Shown: positions 1 to 9,929, counted from the stretch's first letter. The stretch is 64,000 bases of DNA from an uncultured Lachnospiraceae bacterium (GCA_964582375.1 CAZORL010000001.1:13769-77768), one strand, 5' to 3'. The notes: generated by a model not told the origin, from the letters alone. A program made the numbers and translations.

Positions 1-1272
1 GCCCGAGAAGAGTACGTTCTTTTGAAGCACCATGCCGACGCCTTCACGCAGATTGCGCAGAGAATAATCCCTGACATTTACGCCGTCAACGAGAACCTCG
101 CCGCTGTCTGTGTCATAAAGACGGGGGATCATCGAAACGAGCGTCGTTTTGCCGCATCCGGTCGAGCCTATGATGCCGACCGTCATGCCGGATCTGATCT
201 TTATGTTGATATTGTCAAGAACCGGCTCTTCACTGCTTTTGTAGTAACGGAAGCTGACGCCTCTGAACTCAATATCGCCCGAGTCTACCGACTTTTCGGG
301 ATATTTTGCGTTTTCGTCATCTATGTCGAGCTTTTCGTCGAGCACCTCGCAGATACGCTTGCCCGATGCAATTGCACGCGAGGACATCATAAACATGAAG
401 GTGACCATCATGAGCGATGAAAGGATCTGCGATACATAGGTGATGAATGCCGAAAGGTCGCCGATCTCCATGCCGAAATCGAGAACGATCTGTCCGCCGA
501 AGAATATGACGGCAAGAATGGTCAAATTCATAAACAGTGTCATGATTGGGGACATGAATATCATAACACGCATTGCCGACATGCCCGAATCCTTGAGATC
601 TTTGTTGGCGGCGGCAAATTTGTCTTTTTCAAAGTCTTCGCGTACAAATGACTTTACGACACGCATGTTCGTTATGTTTTCCTGTACGGTCGAGTTGAGC
701 GCATCGATCTTGGTCTGCATACGCGAGAATCTCGGAAATCCGACTCTGATGATGCTGATGACCGAGATCAGCATGAGCGGTATTGTGACAGCGAATACGA
801 CCGACAAGGATGGCTTCAGCGAGATCGCCATTATGAGTCCGCCGATAAGCATGCCCGGCGAGCGCAAGAGCATTCGCAGTGCCATGTTGACTATGTTTTG
901 CACCTGCGTTACATCGTTTGTCAGCCTCGTGACCAGCGAGCTTGACGAGAAATTGTCAATGTTCGCAAACGAGAATTTTTGAACCTTTGCGTAAACATCG
1001 GCACGAAGGTCGGCGGCGAAATTGACCGACGCCTTTCCGCCGAAATATGCGCCTCCGACACCGCCTGCCATCATGAGCAGTGCCGTAAGGATCATAAGTC
1101 CCGCAACTCCTATACTGCTGCCGATCGTCAGCGTGCCGGCTTTTGCTTGGTTGATTATCGTCGCGAGATATTTCGGCATGAGTACCTCTCCGATGACCTC
1201 GACTATCATGCAAAGCGGTCCGATGATAAAGAACGGCAGATATGGTTTAATATACTTGTACCATCTTTTCAA
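1..1272 (-). CDS. Multidrug-type ABC transporter permease/ATP-binding protein (3' end runs off the window)
   Basis: Hand translation from TTG at 1272, overlapping the MarR stop: MKRWYKYIKPY...SLVTRLTNDVTQVQ...GSTGCGKTTL (Walker A)...VLQKNVLFSG. Not in the ORF track. Confidence 0.92.
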   Translation of the reverse strand, partial: MKRWYKYIKPYLPFFIIGPLCMIVEVIGEVLMPKYLATIINQAKAGTLTIGSSIGVAGLMILTALLMMAGGVGGAYFGGKASVNFAADLRADVYAKVQKFSFANIDNFSSSSLVTRLTNDVTQVQNIVNMALRMLLRSPGMLIGGLIMAISLKPSLSVVFAVTIPLMLISVISIIRVGFPRFSRMQTKIDALNSTVQENITNMRVVKSFVREDFEKDKFAAANKDLKDSGMSAMRVMIFMSPIMTLFMNLTILAVIFFGGQIVLDFGMEIGDLSAFITYVSQILSSLMMVTFMFMMSSRAIASGKRICEVLDEKLDIDDENAKYPEKSVDSGDIEFRGVSFRYYKSSEEPVLDNINIKIRSGMTVGIIGSTGCGKTTLVSMIPRLYDTDSGEVLVDGVNVRDYSLRNLREGVGMVLQKNVLFSG

Positions 1273-1778
1273 TTTGTTTCCTTCCTTTCCGACCTCTCGG
1301 TCTGAGCACGCTCCTTGCCATCATCGGCAAGTGCGTCTCTTATCTTAATGAGCAGTCGCCGAAGCTCTGCTTGCTCGCTCTCGTCAAGCGCGGCAAGAGC
1401 GCACCTCTCAAGTTCTCCGGCGTACTCCTGATTTTCAACATCAAGTGCGTATCCCTGCTCGGTAAGCTTGACTCTCATTCGCCTGGCATCGCTCTCGTCG
1501 CTCTCTCGCGAGATAAGACCGTCGCGTTCGAGCTTTTCAAGCGTTGCCGATACGGTCGGCGGCGACAGATGCGTCATTTTCGCAAGTTCGTTTTGCGCAA
1601 CTCCCTCGCTGTTTTGCCGCTTCAAAAAAGCAAGCCTCATCAGCAGCTCGCGATATCCGTAAGGAAATCCCAATTCGTCCGAATGCTTTCGCATGCGTCG
1701 CCCGAACAGCCGTGAGCAGTCGTTTATCAACATCATCGGTGTCGGCGAAAAATCGTCATGTTTCCTTTCGTTATCCAA
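1269..1778 (-). CDS. MarR family transcriptional regulator
   Basis: wHTH signature QNELAKMTHLSPPTVSATLEKLERDGLISR..DARRMRVKLT; GGAGGA SD; coupled to the ABC gene. Confidence 0.92.
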   Translation of the reverse strand: MDNERKHDDFSPTPMMLINDCSRLFGRRMRKHSDELGFPYGYRELLMRLAFLKRQNSEGVAQNELAKMTHLSPPTVSATLEKLERDGLISRESDESDARRMRVKLTEQGYALDVENQEYAGELERCALAALDESEQAELRRLLIKIRDALADDGKERAQTERSERKETN

Positions 1779-1816
1779 AATATGCTCCTCCCTTCATCCT
1801 TTATTCAAAAAAATAG

Positions 1817-1866
1817 TTAGTTTCCAAACTAATCGATATTATACTCATAACCGCCCTGACTGTCAA
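1817..1866 (-). promoter_or_regulatory. SigA promoter of marR-ABC with palindromic candidate MarR operator
   Basis: TTGACA(1866-1861)-17-TATAAT(1843-1838); perfect inverted repeat TTAGTTT-CC-AAACTAA at 1817-1832 near the predicted start site. Confidence 0.75.
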
Positions 1867-2038
1867 GCACTTTGACATGATTTTTTTGTGAATTTTTTTC
1901 GATTAAAAATCGCAAGATCAAAGAATAGAGTGCCCCATGTCGGGAATAATAGCATAGCGAAATGCATTTTTGCAAGCCGCAAATATCAAATATTCAAATG
2001 ATCATCGGCTTTGTCCGATCGATCGGGAAGGGTGTCGT

Positions 2039-2233
2039 ATGAACGATAAGAATCTCGGTTGCAATTGCCGCGAAAAGGCAAATACCGCCATTGAATGTAC
2101 CGTATCCGAATGCAAGAATCACTGCGGAGGGCAGAATTATTGCTCGCTTAAGTCGATCCGCGTGGTAACACACGAGCAAAATCCCACCGAAGTCGCATGC
2201 ACCGATTGCAGCTCGTTCGTTCCGAAGGGCTGA
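2039..2233 (+). CDS. DUF1540-like small Cys-rich protein
   Basis: IECTVSECKNH..YCSLKSIRV..TDCSSF pattern; ATG 2039 after GAAGGGTG. Confidence 0.8.
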   Translation: MNDKNLGCNCREKANTAIECTVSECKNHCGGQNYCSLKSIRVVTHEQNPTEVACTDCSSFVPKG

Positions 2234-2247
2234 TAGATCTTTATACC

Positions 2248-2278
2248 AAACGGGAGTCTCAAAACAAGGCTCCCGTTT
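2248..2278 (+). terminator. Intrinsic terminator hairpin
   Basis: AAACGGGAGTCT...AGGCTCCCGTTT inverted repeat. Confidence 0.65.
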
Positions 2279-2309
2279 GATATTTTTCTGTTTTATTTTG
2301 AAAACAGGC

Positions 2310-2338
2310 TTGACAAATCGCATAAGATATGGTATAAC
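2310..2338 (+). promoter_or_regulatory. SigA promoter of GH36 gene
   Basis: TTGACA-17-TATAAC with TG extension. Confidence 0.7.
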
Positions 2339-2375
2339 TTCTGCAGAGAGTTCAGATAAAAAGGAGAACATATCT

Positions 2376-4328
2376 ATGGATATATTAAACATATCGGACA
2401 AGACCAAACTGTCTTTTCTGTATGACGGCAGACCGTATGAGGATTCGGTAGTGTCGGTGGATACAGATAAAAAAGATGATCGCATCGAAACACATATCAC
2501 TCTGCGCGGCGGACTTTGCGTAACACGCATACTTAACTATATCAAAAAATATGACGCATGGGAGGTCGTTGACCACATCGAAAACATCTCCGACGCCCCG
2601 ACGGGGATCGTCAGCGAGCTTTGGGACTGCGATCTTGAGCTTGACGCCCCGAAATGCGAGCGTCGTGTCGGCGGTGCGTACATACCCGAGAGCGGCGGCA
2701 TGCTCATTTATAATCCCAAAGGCTCGGTATGTGACAATTACGAGTTTTCGGCAATGGAAGATCGAATATTTGCGGGCGAGACTCGATCATACGAGTGTCG
2801 CGGCGGCAGATCGTCCGATCTTAATGCTCCATTTTTCAGAATAGACCTCGGAGACGGACACGGGCTCTTTTATGCGGTCGGCTGGAGCGGACAATGGCAT
2901 GCCGACATAACTCGTACCGAAAACACTGTCAAGATCAGGTCAAAGGTTGCGGACACCGATTTTTATCTTCTCCCCGGCGAGAGCTTCAGAACATCATCGG
3001 CAGTGATCATGCTCACAAGCTGCGATGCCGCACACGCACACAATAAGTGGCGCAGACTTGTCAAGGAGCATTTTTCGCTGATGGGCAGAGAGGGCAGAGG
3101 AGACTACGGTCCTTTCTGCGCAGGCATATGGGGCGGCATGACGACCGATGAGGCACTCTCTCGGGTCAAGGCGATAAAAAAAGCCGAACTGCCGTTTGAA
3201 TATGTTTGGATGGACGCCGGTTGGTATGGCGAGACGACACTACCGACTCCCGATGAATTTGAAGGTGATTGGTGGTCACACACCGGCGATTGGACGCCCG
3301 CTCCCGCGGTTCACCCCGACGGACTTATCGATCTTTCAAAAGAAATACACGCCTCGGGAATGAAATTTCTGTTGTGGTTTGAGCCTGAGCGAGTTATCTC
3401 GGACACGCCGATCATCCTCGAGCATCCCGAGTACTTCATACACATCGGCGGCAAGGACAATCCCGCAAATCTGCTCGACCTCGGCAACCCCGATGCATGG
3501 CAGTATATATTCACGACGCTTTGCACCTTGATCGATAAGATCGGTATCGATTGCCTGCGACAGGATTTTAATTTCGAGCCGCTCGAATATTGGCGCTCTG
3601 CCGATAGCGAGCACCGCCGCGGTATCACCGAGATCAAACATATATGCGGTCTGTACAAGCTGTGGGACGCACTTCTTGAGGTCTATCCCTCGCTTATCAT
3701 TGATAACTGTGCCTCTGGCGGAAGGCGTATCGATATCGAGACGCTCCGTCGCAGTATGCCCCTTTGGAGAAGTGATATGCAGTGCCCCGCAAATTACTCG
3801 ATAATCGAGGTTCAGTCGCATCATATAAGCTTTAATTTGTGGATGCCCTTTTCGGGCAGCGGAAGCGGTCGCCCATACGACGGATATCGCATAAGGTCGG
3901 CTTACGATTCCTCGATGACAACTAACTACACGTTCTCCGCACGCGAGAGCTTCGGAGACGATCCCGAAAAGCTCGACCTGCTCAGAAAGCATGCCGATGA
4001 GTATCTTGAACTTCGCCCCTTCTTCTCAGCCGACATGTTCCCGATGACCATCGTCTCGGATAAGACCGATGTGTGGTCCGCCGTGCAGTTCAATCGCCCC
4101 GAGCAGGGTGACGGCATCCTTCAGGTGTTCAGAAGGGAAGACTCTCCCTATACGACATGCTCGTTTGCCCTTTGTGACCTCCTGCCCGATGAAAAGTATA
4201 CGCTTTGGGATGTGGACGGTGATGATCCCGATCGCATCATTCTCGGGTCGGAGCTTATGAGAGGTGTCGATATCCGTGTCGATAAAAAACGCTCGGCGAA
4301 GATCTACAGATATCGCATAAAATCATAA
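2376..4328 (+). CDS. Alpha-galactosidase, GH36 family
   Basis: Motifs DAGWY, WFEPE, RQDFN, CASGG, WRSD; AAGGAG SD before ATG 2376. Confidence 0.85.
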   Translation: MDILNISDKTKLSFLYDGRPYEDSVVSVDTDKKDDRIETHITLRGGLCVTRILNYIKKYDAWEVVDHIENISDAPTGIVSELWDCDLELDAPKCERRVGGAYIPESGGMLIYNPKGSVCDNYEFSAMEDRIFAGETRSYECRGGRSSDLNAPFFRIDLGDGHGLFYAVGWSGQWHADITRTENTVKIRSKVADTDFYLLPGESFRTSSAVIMLTSCDAAHAHNKWRRLVKEHFSLMGREGRGDYGPFCAGIWGGMTTDEALSRVKAIKKAELPFEYVWMDAGWYGETTLPTPDEFEGDWWSHTGDWTPAPAVHPDGLIDLSKEIHASGMKFLLWFEPERVISDTPIILEHPEYFIHIGGKDNPANLLDLGNPDAWQYIFTTLCTLIDKIGIDCLRQDFNFEPLEYWRSADSEHRRGITEIKHICGLYKLWDALLEVYPSLIIDNCASGGRRIDIETLRRSMPLWRSDMQCPANYSIIEVQSHHISFNLWMPFSGSGSGRPYDGYRIRSAYDSSMTTNYTFSARESFGDDPEKLDLLRKHADEYLELRPFFSADMFPMTIVSDKTDVWSAVQFNRPEQGDGILQVFRREDSPYTTCSFALCDLLPDEKYTLWDVDGDDPDRIILGSELMRGVDIRVDKKRSAKIYRYRIKS

Positions 4329-4337
4329 CATAACGCC

Positions 4338-4386
4338 AAAGATCTCCTTCGGATGCCCGCATTTTGCGATCCGAAGGAGATTTTTT
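4338..4386 (+). terminator. Intrinsic terminator
   Basis: ATCTCCTTCGGAT...ATCCGAAGGAGAT followed by a T-run. Confidence 0.75.
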
Positions 4387-4416
4387 GAAATATTTTGAGT
4401 TTTTTTCAAAAAAGAC

Positions 4417-4445
4417 TTGACAAAAGCAAAACAATGTGATATAAT
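4417..4445 (+). promoter_or_regulatory. SigA promoter of tRNA gene
   Basis: TTGACA-17-TATAAT consensus. Confidence 0.85.
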
Positions 4446-4464
4446 TGCACCGTTGACAAGAAAT

Positions 4465-4540
<76 letters not shown>

Positions 4541-4542
4541 AG

Positions 4543-4568
4543 AAGCACGCCAAAGGCGTGCTTTTTTG
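4543..4568 (+). terminator. tRNA terminator
   Basis: AAGCACGCC-AAA-GGCGTGCTT followed by T-run. Confidence 0.8.
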
Positions 4569-4652
4569 CTCTTTACCAAGCCCTAATGCAGAAAAACAAA
4601 GAAAACGAGGATGCCTCAAAGGGAGAGCATCCTCGTTTTTTGTAAATTGTGA

Positions 4653-6218
4653 TCAGTCCTCGAATGTTACGTATTCGGTGATCTTTTCAAGCATCTTTTC
4701 GGTCTTGAACTGAAGCTCGAAATAATCCTTGCCGTAGTAGCTCTCAAGAGAGTTTACACTGTAAATTCCGTACTGATAGTAGGTGTAGAAGTTGCTCGAC
4801 AGTTCACTTTCCAGCTTTTCGGTATATTCCTTTTTGGAAATGGTGATCTCGAAATAGTTGCAGAGGTATTCGATCGTGAGTCTCTGCTTGACCGAGTCCT
4901 TCGCACTTACTGCCGCACTGTTGTAGATGGTCTGATAATCGCTTTCGGAGATCTTTTCAGAAAGCTCTTTCTGAGTGAAATCTCCGGGATCTTTATTGCC
5001 GAGTTTCGAATAAACGAGCTGGTAAACGTAATTTTTGTATGCCGACTCAAGCTCGCTCTTGGGGTACTCATTGACAACGACCTTCTCGCTGATCACCTCA
5101 AATGCCTTGCTCTGCGAGAGTGCCTTCTTTGCGTATTCCTCATATTCGGCAACAGTCTTGTACTGACCGCTTGTGTATGTCTTGATGAACTTGTCATCCC
5201 AATCGGGCTGATGATCGATCTTGGTCACGGTAAGCTTCATTTCGATCTCTTTGCCTTTGTAGTCCTTGTATGCGTCGTCTGCATCGTCGGGAACTGTTAC
5301 CTTTACGGTGTAGTTGTCGTTGATGGCAACATTTTTGAGTTTTTCGATGTAATCATCGATCTCGATGAAATCAAAGAGCTTTTTGCCCTTGCTCGAATCG
5401 ACATCGGCAAAGTCGTAGGTGAATGTGCCGCTCTTGAAGATGTCCTCGAACTTCTTTGTCTCGGTGGGAGTTTCGGCCTCGTCGTCGGAGTCGTTATCAC
5501 TGTCTGCCTGAGCTTGGGTATCGTCCTTTTTGTCGTCTTCTTTGTCCTCGGTCGCATTCGGATTTGTGAATTCGTAGCCGACGGTGATCTGGGTGTCGTC
5601 GTTGACATACGCACGCGAAATGCTGTTAATCGTTACCGTAAACTCGGCAACGACCTTCTGAAGCTCGGTGGTCTGAAAATCGGCAGGGAAGGTGACCTTG
5701 ACCGTTACGGTGTCACCCGCTTTTGCGCCTATAAGCTGTTCCTCGAATCCATCTGTGTTCTTTTTTTCGTCGGATGAATCGACATACTCTTTGATGAAGG
5801 AGCCCGAACCTATAACAAGATCGTAGCCGTGTGCCTTGTCGTCCTCGTCTTCGATCTCCTCGTTTGCCTTGTCCTCGGTCTCTTTGGTGTATTTCATTCC
5901 TTTGAGCGTTTCTGCAGAGAGCTTGAGGCTTTCGTCAACGGGTTTACCGTCGTAGTAGATGTTTACCCTGTCACCGTCTTTTACGGTCTCGTTTTTGTCT
6001 TCAAGCTTAGTGTATTCGGTCTCGCGATTGTCCTCGAGGATCTCCTTCTTGTTTTCATCATATTCTTTCTGAATATCCGAATTTTTAACTACTACCTCGC
6101 CCTTCCCGGGAATGGTAATGTATTTTTCGGGATTTTTGTAAGCACTGCATCCGACGAGCGACGAAGCAGTGAGCATGATTGCGGCAGCAAGAGCTACCGC
6201 CCTTATGGATTTTTTCAT
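4653..6218 (-). CDS. Trigger-factor-like FKBP-type PPIase/chaperone lipoprotein
   Basis: Signal peptide with LVGC lipobox; FKBP motifs GDRVNIYYDG, IGSGSFI, GFEEQLIGAKAG, VTFP; TF C-terminal-like helical domain; no GFRxGK ribosome-binding motif. Confidence 0.8.
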   Translation of the reverse strand: MKKSIRAVALAAAIMLTASSLVGCSAYKNPEKYITIPGKGEVVVKNSDIQKEYDENKKEILEDNRETEYTKLEDKNETVKDGDRVNIYYDGKPVDESLKLSAETLKGMKYTKETEDKANEEIEDEDDKAHGYDLVIGSGSFIKEYVDSSDEKKNTDGFEEQLIGAKAGDTVTVKVTFPADFQTTELQKVVAEFTVTINSISRAYVNDDTQITVGYEFTNPNATEDKEDDKKDDTQAQADSDNDSDDEAETPTETKKFEDIFKSGTFTYDFADVDSSKGKKLFDFIEIDDYIEKLKNVAINDNYTVKVTVPDDADDAYKDYKGKEIEMKLTVTKIDHQPDWDDKFIKTYTSGQYKTVAEYEEYAKKALSQSKAFEVISEKVVVNEYPKSELESAYKNYVYQLVYSKLGNKDPGDFTQKELSEKISESDYQTIYNSAAVSAKDSVKQRLTIEYLCNYFEITISKKEYTEKLESELSSNFYTYYQYGIYSVNSLESYYGKDYFELQFKTEKMLEKITEYVTFED

Positions 6219-6375
6219 TTAGGACTGTCTCCTTTTATTTGTACTTTAGTTGATCATTTCGTCCGCGGAAAAGACCGCTCTTTAATTTATACCACAAAAC
6301 AGGCAAAAATGGAAGGGGTTATACAAAAAGTTAACTCTTTGTACACAAAATTTTGCAGGATATTCGCATTTTTCG

Positions 6376-7386
6376 TCAGGCGTCCTCGGCATTTTCGTCC
6401 TCATACGGATCGATCATTATCTCCTTGATCTTAGGCCATGCCGCATATGCCGCCATGAACGAACAGAGCGATATGGTAAAGATCAGCGGCAGAACGATGC
6501 CGATCGGCACATACAGCACCGCTATCATGAAATTGATGACGATCACGAGTGCGATACCGATAAATGCACAGATATTACGTTTGAAGCCGACTGCCGCAAA
6601 GATCAGCGCATTCTTCAAAAGCTTCTTGATCGAGAGATCGAAGGTTACCATCATTATATAAATATAGTAGCGCATTACCGAGTAGATGATGGCAACAAAG
6701 ATTCCGAGGCAGAAGAAGATGCTGAACATGCTCGAAAGCTCCGAATAATTGAAATTGACATAGAAGAAATAAATGTCGTAGGCTATCAGAAACATAAATC
6801 CGAGATCGAGCGCGCCGAAGACAAATTCCTGCTTTTTGTTGCGCTTTATCGCGTACCAAAAATCGCTCCACAAAAAGATCGGCTCACCCTTGACGATGTT
6901 GCGCAGTATATAGCTTGTCCCCACGTTTACCGGGCCGAATGTCAGTGCAAGCAAAAGGATGCCGACGATAAACAAGACATAGACGATCGGTGTCCATATC
7001 GAAACGTCGGCTGCCGCTCCGTAAAGTCCGTAGAGCGATGACGTGGCAGGAGAGCCTGCCGAGAGCTGCAACGCACCGTAGATCGGGGCAAAGAGCGGAT
7101 CGGCGGGGGCGGTCATCTTTAGGTGCAGATTTTCGCTGAACACGAGCAGAATAAGGAAGATCGGAAAATTGCCGAGCACCGTCATCAAATTCAGATACAA
7201 TAAGTTCGACGCATGGTCGAATGCCATTCTGAAAAAGAAAGGGAGATCTCTCTTGTGGTTTGGATCGTATACGAGATCCTGCCGTTTCTTTTCGCTTCTT
7301 TCATAAAAAAAGTTGAAGAGATTGAATTTTTTTCGCTTTTTCGGAGACTCCTCTTCAAAGTCTCTCTCGCGATCGTCCTTTTTCAA
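6376..7386 (-). CDS. YesL/DUF624-like integral membrane protein
   Basis: Several TM helices; GP..G..YILRNIVKGEPIFLWSDFW..IKRN.KQ motif. Confidence 0.7.
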   Translation of the reverse strand: MKKDDRERDFEEESPKKRKKFNLFNFFYERSEKKRQDLVYDPNHKRDLPFFFRMAFDHASNLLYLNLMTVLGNFPIFLILLVFSENLHLKMTAPADPLFAPIYGALQLSAGSPATSSLYGLYGAAADVSIWTPIVYVLFIVGILLLALTFGPVNVGTSYILRNIVKGEPIFLWSDFWYAIKRNKKQEFVFGALDLGFMFLIAYDIYFFYVNFNYSELSSMFSIFFCLGIFVAIIYSVMRYYIYIMMVTFDLSIKKLLKNALIFAAVGFKRNICAFIGIALVIVINFMIAVLYVPIGIVLPLIFTISLCSFMAAYAAWPKIKEIMIDPYEDENAEDA

Positions 7387-7410
7387 TGCTAGCCCTCTTT
7401 CCTTTTTCGG

Positions 7411-7881
7411 TCATATGCCGAGTAATGTAAGATAAAAAACGATGACTGCCGCCTGTGTGGTGCCGATAAGAAAAAACACGCATATGTAAAGATCTCTCCC
7501 CTGCCGCTCTCTCGCAAGCTTTGCTGCCGATGTAAGAGCTGTCATGACGAGCACGCTCACCGCAGTGTGCATAAAATAGAGCAGATCGGCTTGATCATTG
7601 AGCAGATATGTCGATGAATATCCCGCAAGCATACCTCTTGTAAAGAGTGCTGCCGCACAAATTGCGGTTTTGCGTCCGCCTGCCATAATAACAATGAAGA
7701 AAACCGCCTGCCAAAGCAGGATGCGACAGAGTGAACAAATGTCCGCACTCTCTGTTGAAAGCTTTATGCCGAGTCTCCCGACGGCAATACAGAGCAGAAT
7801 CCCGAACACATATCCGATCACCCCTGCCGCCGACACGACAATGTGACCTGCTTTTACCGCTTTTTCTCGTTTGTTTCTCAC
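7411..7881 (-). CDS. Membrane protein, possibly SpoIIM-like, behind a SigE-type promoter
   Basis: About 5 TM segments; RGMLAGYS motif; SigE-type promoter upstream. Confidence 0.5.
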   Translation of the reverse strand: MRNKREKAVKAGHIVVSAAGVIGYVFGILLCIAVGRLGIKLSTESADICSLCRILLWQAVFFIVIMAGGRKTAICAAALFTRGMLAGYSSTYLLNDQADLLYFMHTAVSVLVMTALTSAAKLARERQGRDLYICVFFLIGTTQAAVIVFYLTLLGI

Positions 7882-7898
7882 CGATCTTCACCAAGGCA

Positions 7899-7927
7899 AT
7901 TGTATGCTTTTGGTTTTGACGGTATTC
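7899..7927 (-). promoter_or_regulatory. SigE-type promoter
   Basis: GAATACC-14-CATACAAT matches the B. subtilis SigE consensus. Confidence 0.6.
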
Positions 7928-8067
7928 CTTTGGTTATTCTACTACATATCTGAAAAAAAATCAATATTTTTGACAAAAAATTATGTAAAAAAACTTGAAA
8001 TTATTCGAAAAAAATTGTATAATAGACCATGCACCGACATGTATGTGCCGAAAGGATGATCTTCCTA

Positions 8068-8652
8068 ATGAACAGCAGCGATATTTCGCGTATTTTCCGC
8101 ACCCCACCCACACTCGAGACCAAAAGACTTGTTCTCCGCATGATCGGACGCGGTGACGCATGCGATATGCACGACTATTCGTCACGCGAGGATGTGACAA
8201 GGTATCTTCTGTGGTCGCCCCACCCGAGCCTTGCATATACTCGCGGATACATTCGCGCCGTTTGCAAGCATTATCGCGCAGGAGATTATCACGATTGGGC
8301 GATAGTTTCAAAGGAAGACTCGCGCATGATAGGAACGATCGGCTTTACGAGGATCGATACGCAAAACCGCGTCGGCGAGATAGGCTATGTCATAAATCCC
8401 AAATATGCGGGACACGGATTTGCGACAGAGGCAGGAAGACTGGTTTTGAAATTCGGCTTTGAAAAGCTCGGGCTGAACAGGATAGAGGCAAGATACATGG
8501 TCGAAAACACCGCCAGCCGCCGCGTGATGGAAAAGATCGGCATGACCTATGAGGGAACTGCAAGGTCGCTCATGTTCGTAAAAGGCAAATATCGCGACAT
8601 CTCGATATGCGCGATAACGAGAGATGACTATCTTTCTCCTCGAAAATTGTAA
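8068..8652 (+). CDS. RimJ/RimL-type GNAT N-acetyltransferase
   Basis: LETKRLVLR...EIGY...GHGFATEA...NTASRRVMEKIGM; exact start uncertain (8056 or 8068). Confidence 0.88.
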   Translation: MNSSDISRIFRTPPTLETKRLVLRMIGRGDACDMHDYSSREDVTRYLLWSPHPSLAYTRGYIRAVCKHYRAGDYHDWAIVSKEDSRMIGTIGFTRIDTQNRVGEIGYVINPKYAGHGFATEAGRLVLKFGFEKLGLNRIEARYMVENTASRRVMEKIGMTYEGTARSLMFVKGKYRDISICAITRDDYLSPRKL

Positions 8653-8751
8653 AGTATAATTGAATTTTTCAAAAAACTATTGAAATCGGCGAGTTTATCA
8701 TTTATAATGTATGGGATAACAAATTTTAACAAAACGAAAGAGGATGACTAA

Positions 8752-9213
8752 ATGTCTTACATGAATTATTTTTATGTCCTTGCCGACGATGCAAACGCAG
8801 GCGGTGGCGGCTGGACAATGATCATCATGATGGTCGCGCTCATTGCCGCAATGTATTTCTTCATGATCCGCCCCCAGCGCAAGCAGGAGAAGGAAACCAA
8901 CGAGATGCGCAACAACCTCCAGGTCGGTGATGAGATCACGACGATCGGCGGCATTATCGGCAAGATCGTAAGCATAAAAGATGAGACCTGCATGATCGAG
9001 ACCGGCAGAGATCGCACGAGAATACGCATTCTCAAATCGGCGATCAGATGCGTCGATGTCCCTGCGGCAGTCGCAAACGGTGTTGTTACCACCGAGGAAC
9101 CCAAGACCGAGGAGAAGAGCGAAAAGAGCGAAAGCACCGAAAAATCCGTCGAGGATGCCGAAAAGCCGACAAAAAAGGGATTTTTCAAGAGCAAAGAAAA
9201 GAAAAATAAATAA
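8752..9213 (+). CDS. yajC: Preprotein translocase subunit YajC
   Basis: MYFFMIRPQRKQ...LQVGDEITTIGGIIGKI; charged C-terminal tail. Confidence 0.95.
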   Translation: MSYMNYFYVLADDANAGGGGWTMIIMMVALIAAMYFFMIRPQRKQEKETNEMRNNLQVGDEITTIGGIIGKIVSIKDETCMIETGRDRTRIRILKSAIRCVDVPAAVANGVVTTEEPKTEEKSEKSESTEKSVEDAEKPTKKGFFKSKEKKNK

Positions 9214-9231
9214 TCGTGCTCGCATAAGATC

Positions 9232-9265
9232 ATTTACGCCGACGGAGTGAACCGTCGGCGTAAAT
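9232..9265. terminator. Hairpin between convergent yajC and TRIC gene
   Basis: ATTTACGCCGACGG...CCGTCGGCGTAAAT. Confidence 0.7.
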
Positions 9266-9266
9266 T

Positions 9267-9929
9267 TCATTTGGTATTTTCTTTGTCGCGAGGTATCGGC
9301 AGATTCCATTTGAGGCGTATGGCGAGTATCCGTATGCCGATTATCAGCAGGATGCCGATAACAGCCGCAGGCGTTTGCGACATGCATCCGCAGAGTAGAA
9401 TATATGCGACTGTGCCGATCAGTGCGGGCAGAACATATACGTGTTTGCGAAACACGAGCGGAACGCGGCTTGTGAAGATATCGCGAAGGACACCGCCGCC
9501 GCATCCGCTGACGACTCCGCATGCGATGATAAGCAGAAAATTGTTTGCATATCCGACGTTTATCGCCGTTGTCGCACCCGATATGCAGAAGATCGACAGA
9601 CCGATGGCGTCAAGAATGTAAAAAAGTATGTCGTTTTTGATCTTTCCGATCAGGGGAGATGTTTTTCTGAAATAGGCGAAAAGATAGACCACCATTGCAA
9701 TGCCGACCGACAGGAGAGCGGAAAATCTCGTCTGTCCGGGGCAAAATACCGCGGGCGGCGTTATTCCGAGCAGAAGGTCGCGTATTATCCCGCCGCCGTA
9801 GGCGGTGATAAAAGAAACGACAAACGCACCAACGGGATCCATTTCCCGCTCGACCGAGACGACGATACCCGATAGAGCGAATGCGATCGCCCCGATGCAT
9901 TCAAAAATAAATATTACCGTGTTGACCAA
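9267..9929 (-). CDS. TRIC/UPF0126 family membrane protein
   Basis: Repeated GGGIIRD / GGGVLRD motifs, AFALSG, LDAIGL. Confidence 0.88.
   Translation of the reverse strand: MVNTVIFIFECIGAIAFALSGIVVSVEREMDPVGAFVVSFITAYGGGIIRDLLLGITPPAVFCPGQTRFSALLSVGIAMVVYLFAYFRKTSPLIGKIKNDILFYILDAIGLSIFCISGATTAINVGYANNFLLIIACGVVSGCGGGVLRDIFTSRVPLVFRKHVYVLPALIGTVAYILLCGCMSQTPAAVIGILLIIGIRILAIRLKWNLPIPRDKENTK

Noticed and set aside
22-1348. Plus-strand ORFs of 108-180 aa
   Set aside because: Antisense shadows of the minus-strand ABC transporter, which the track missed because it leaves the window
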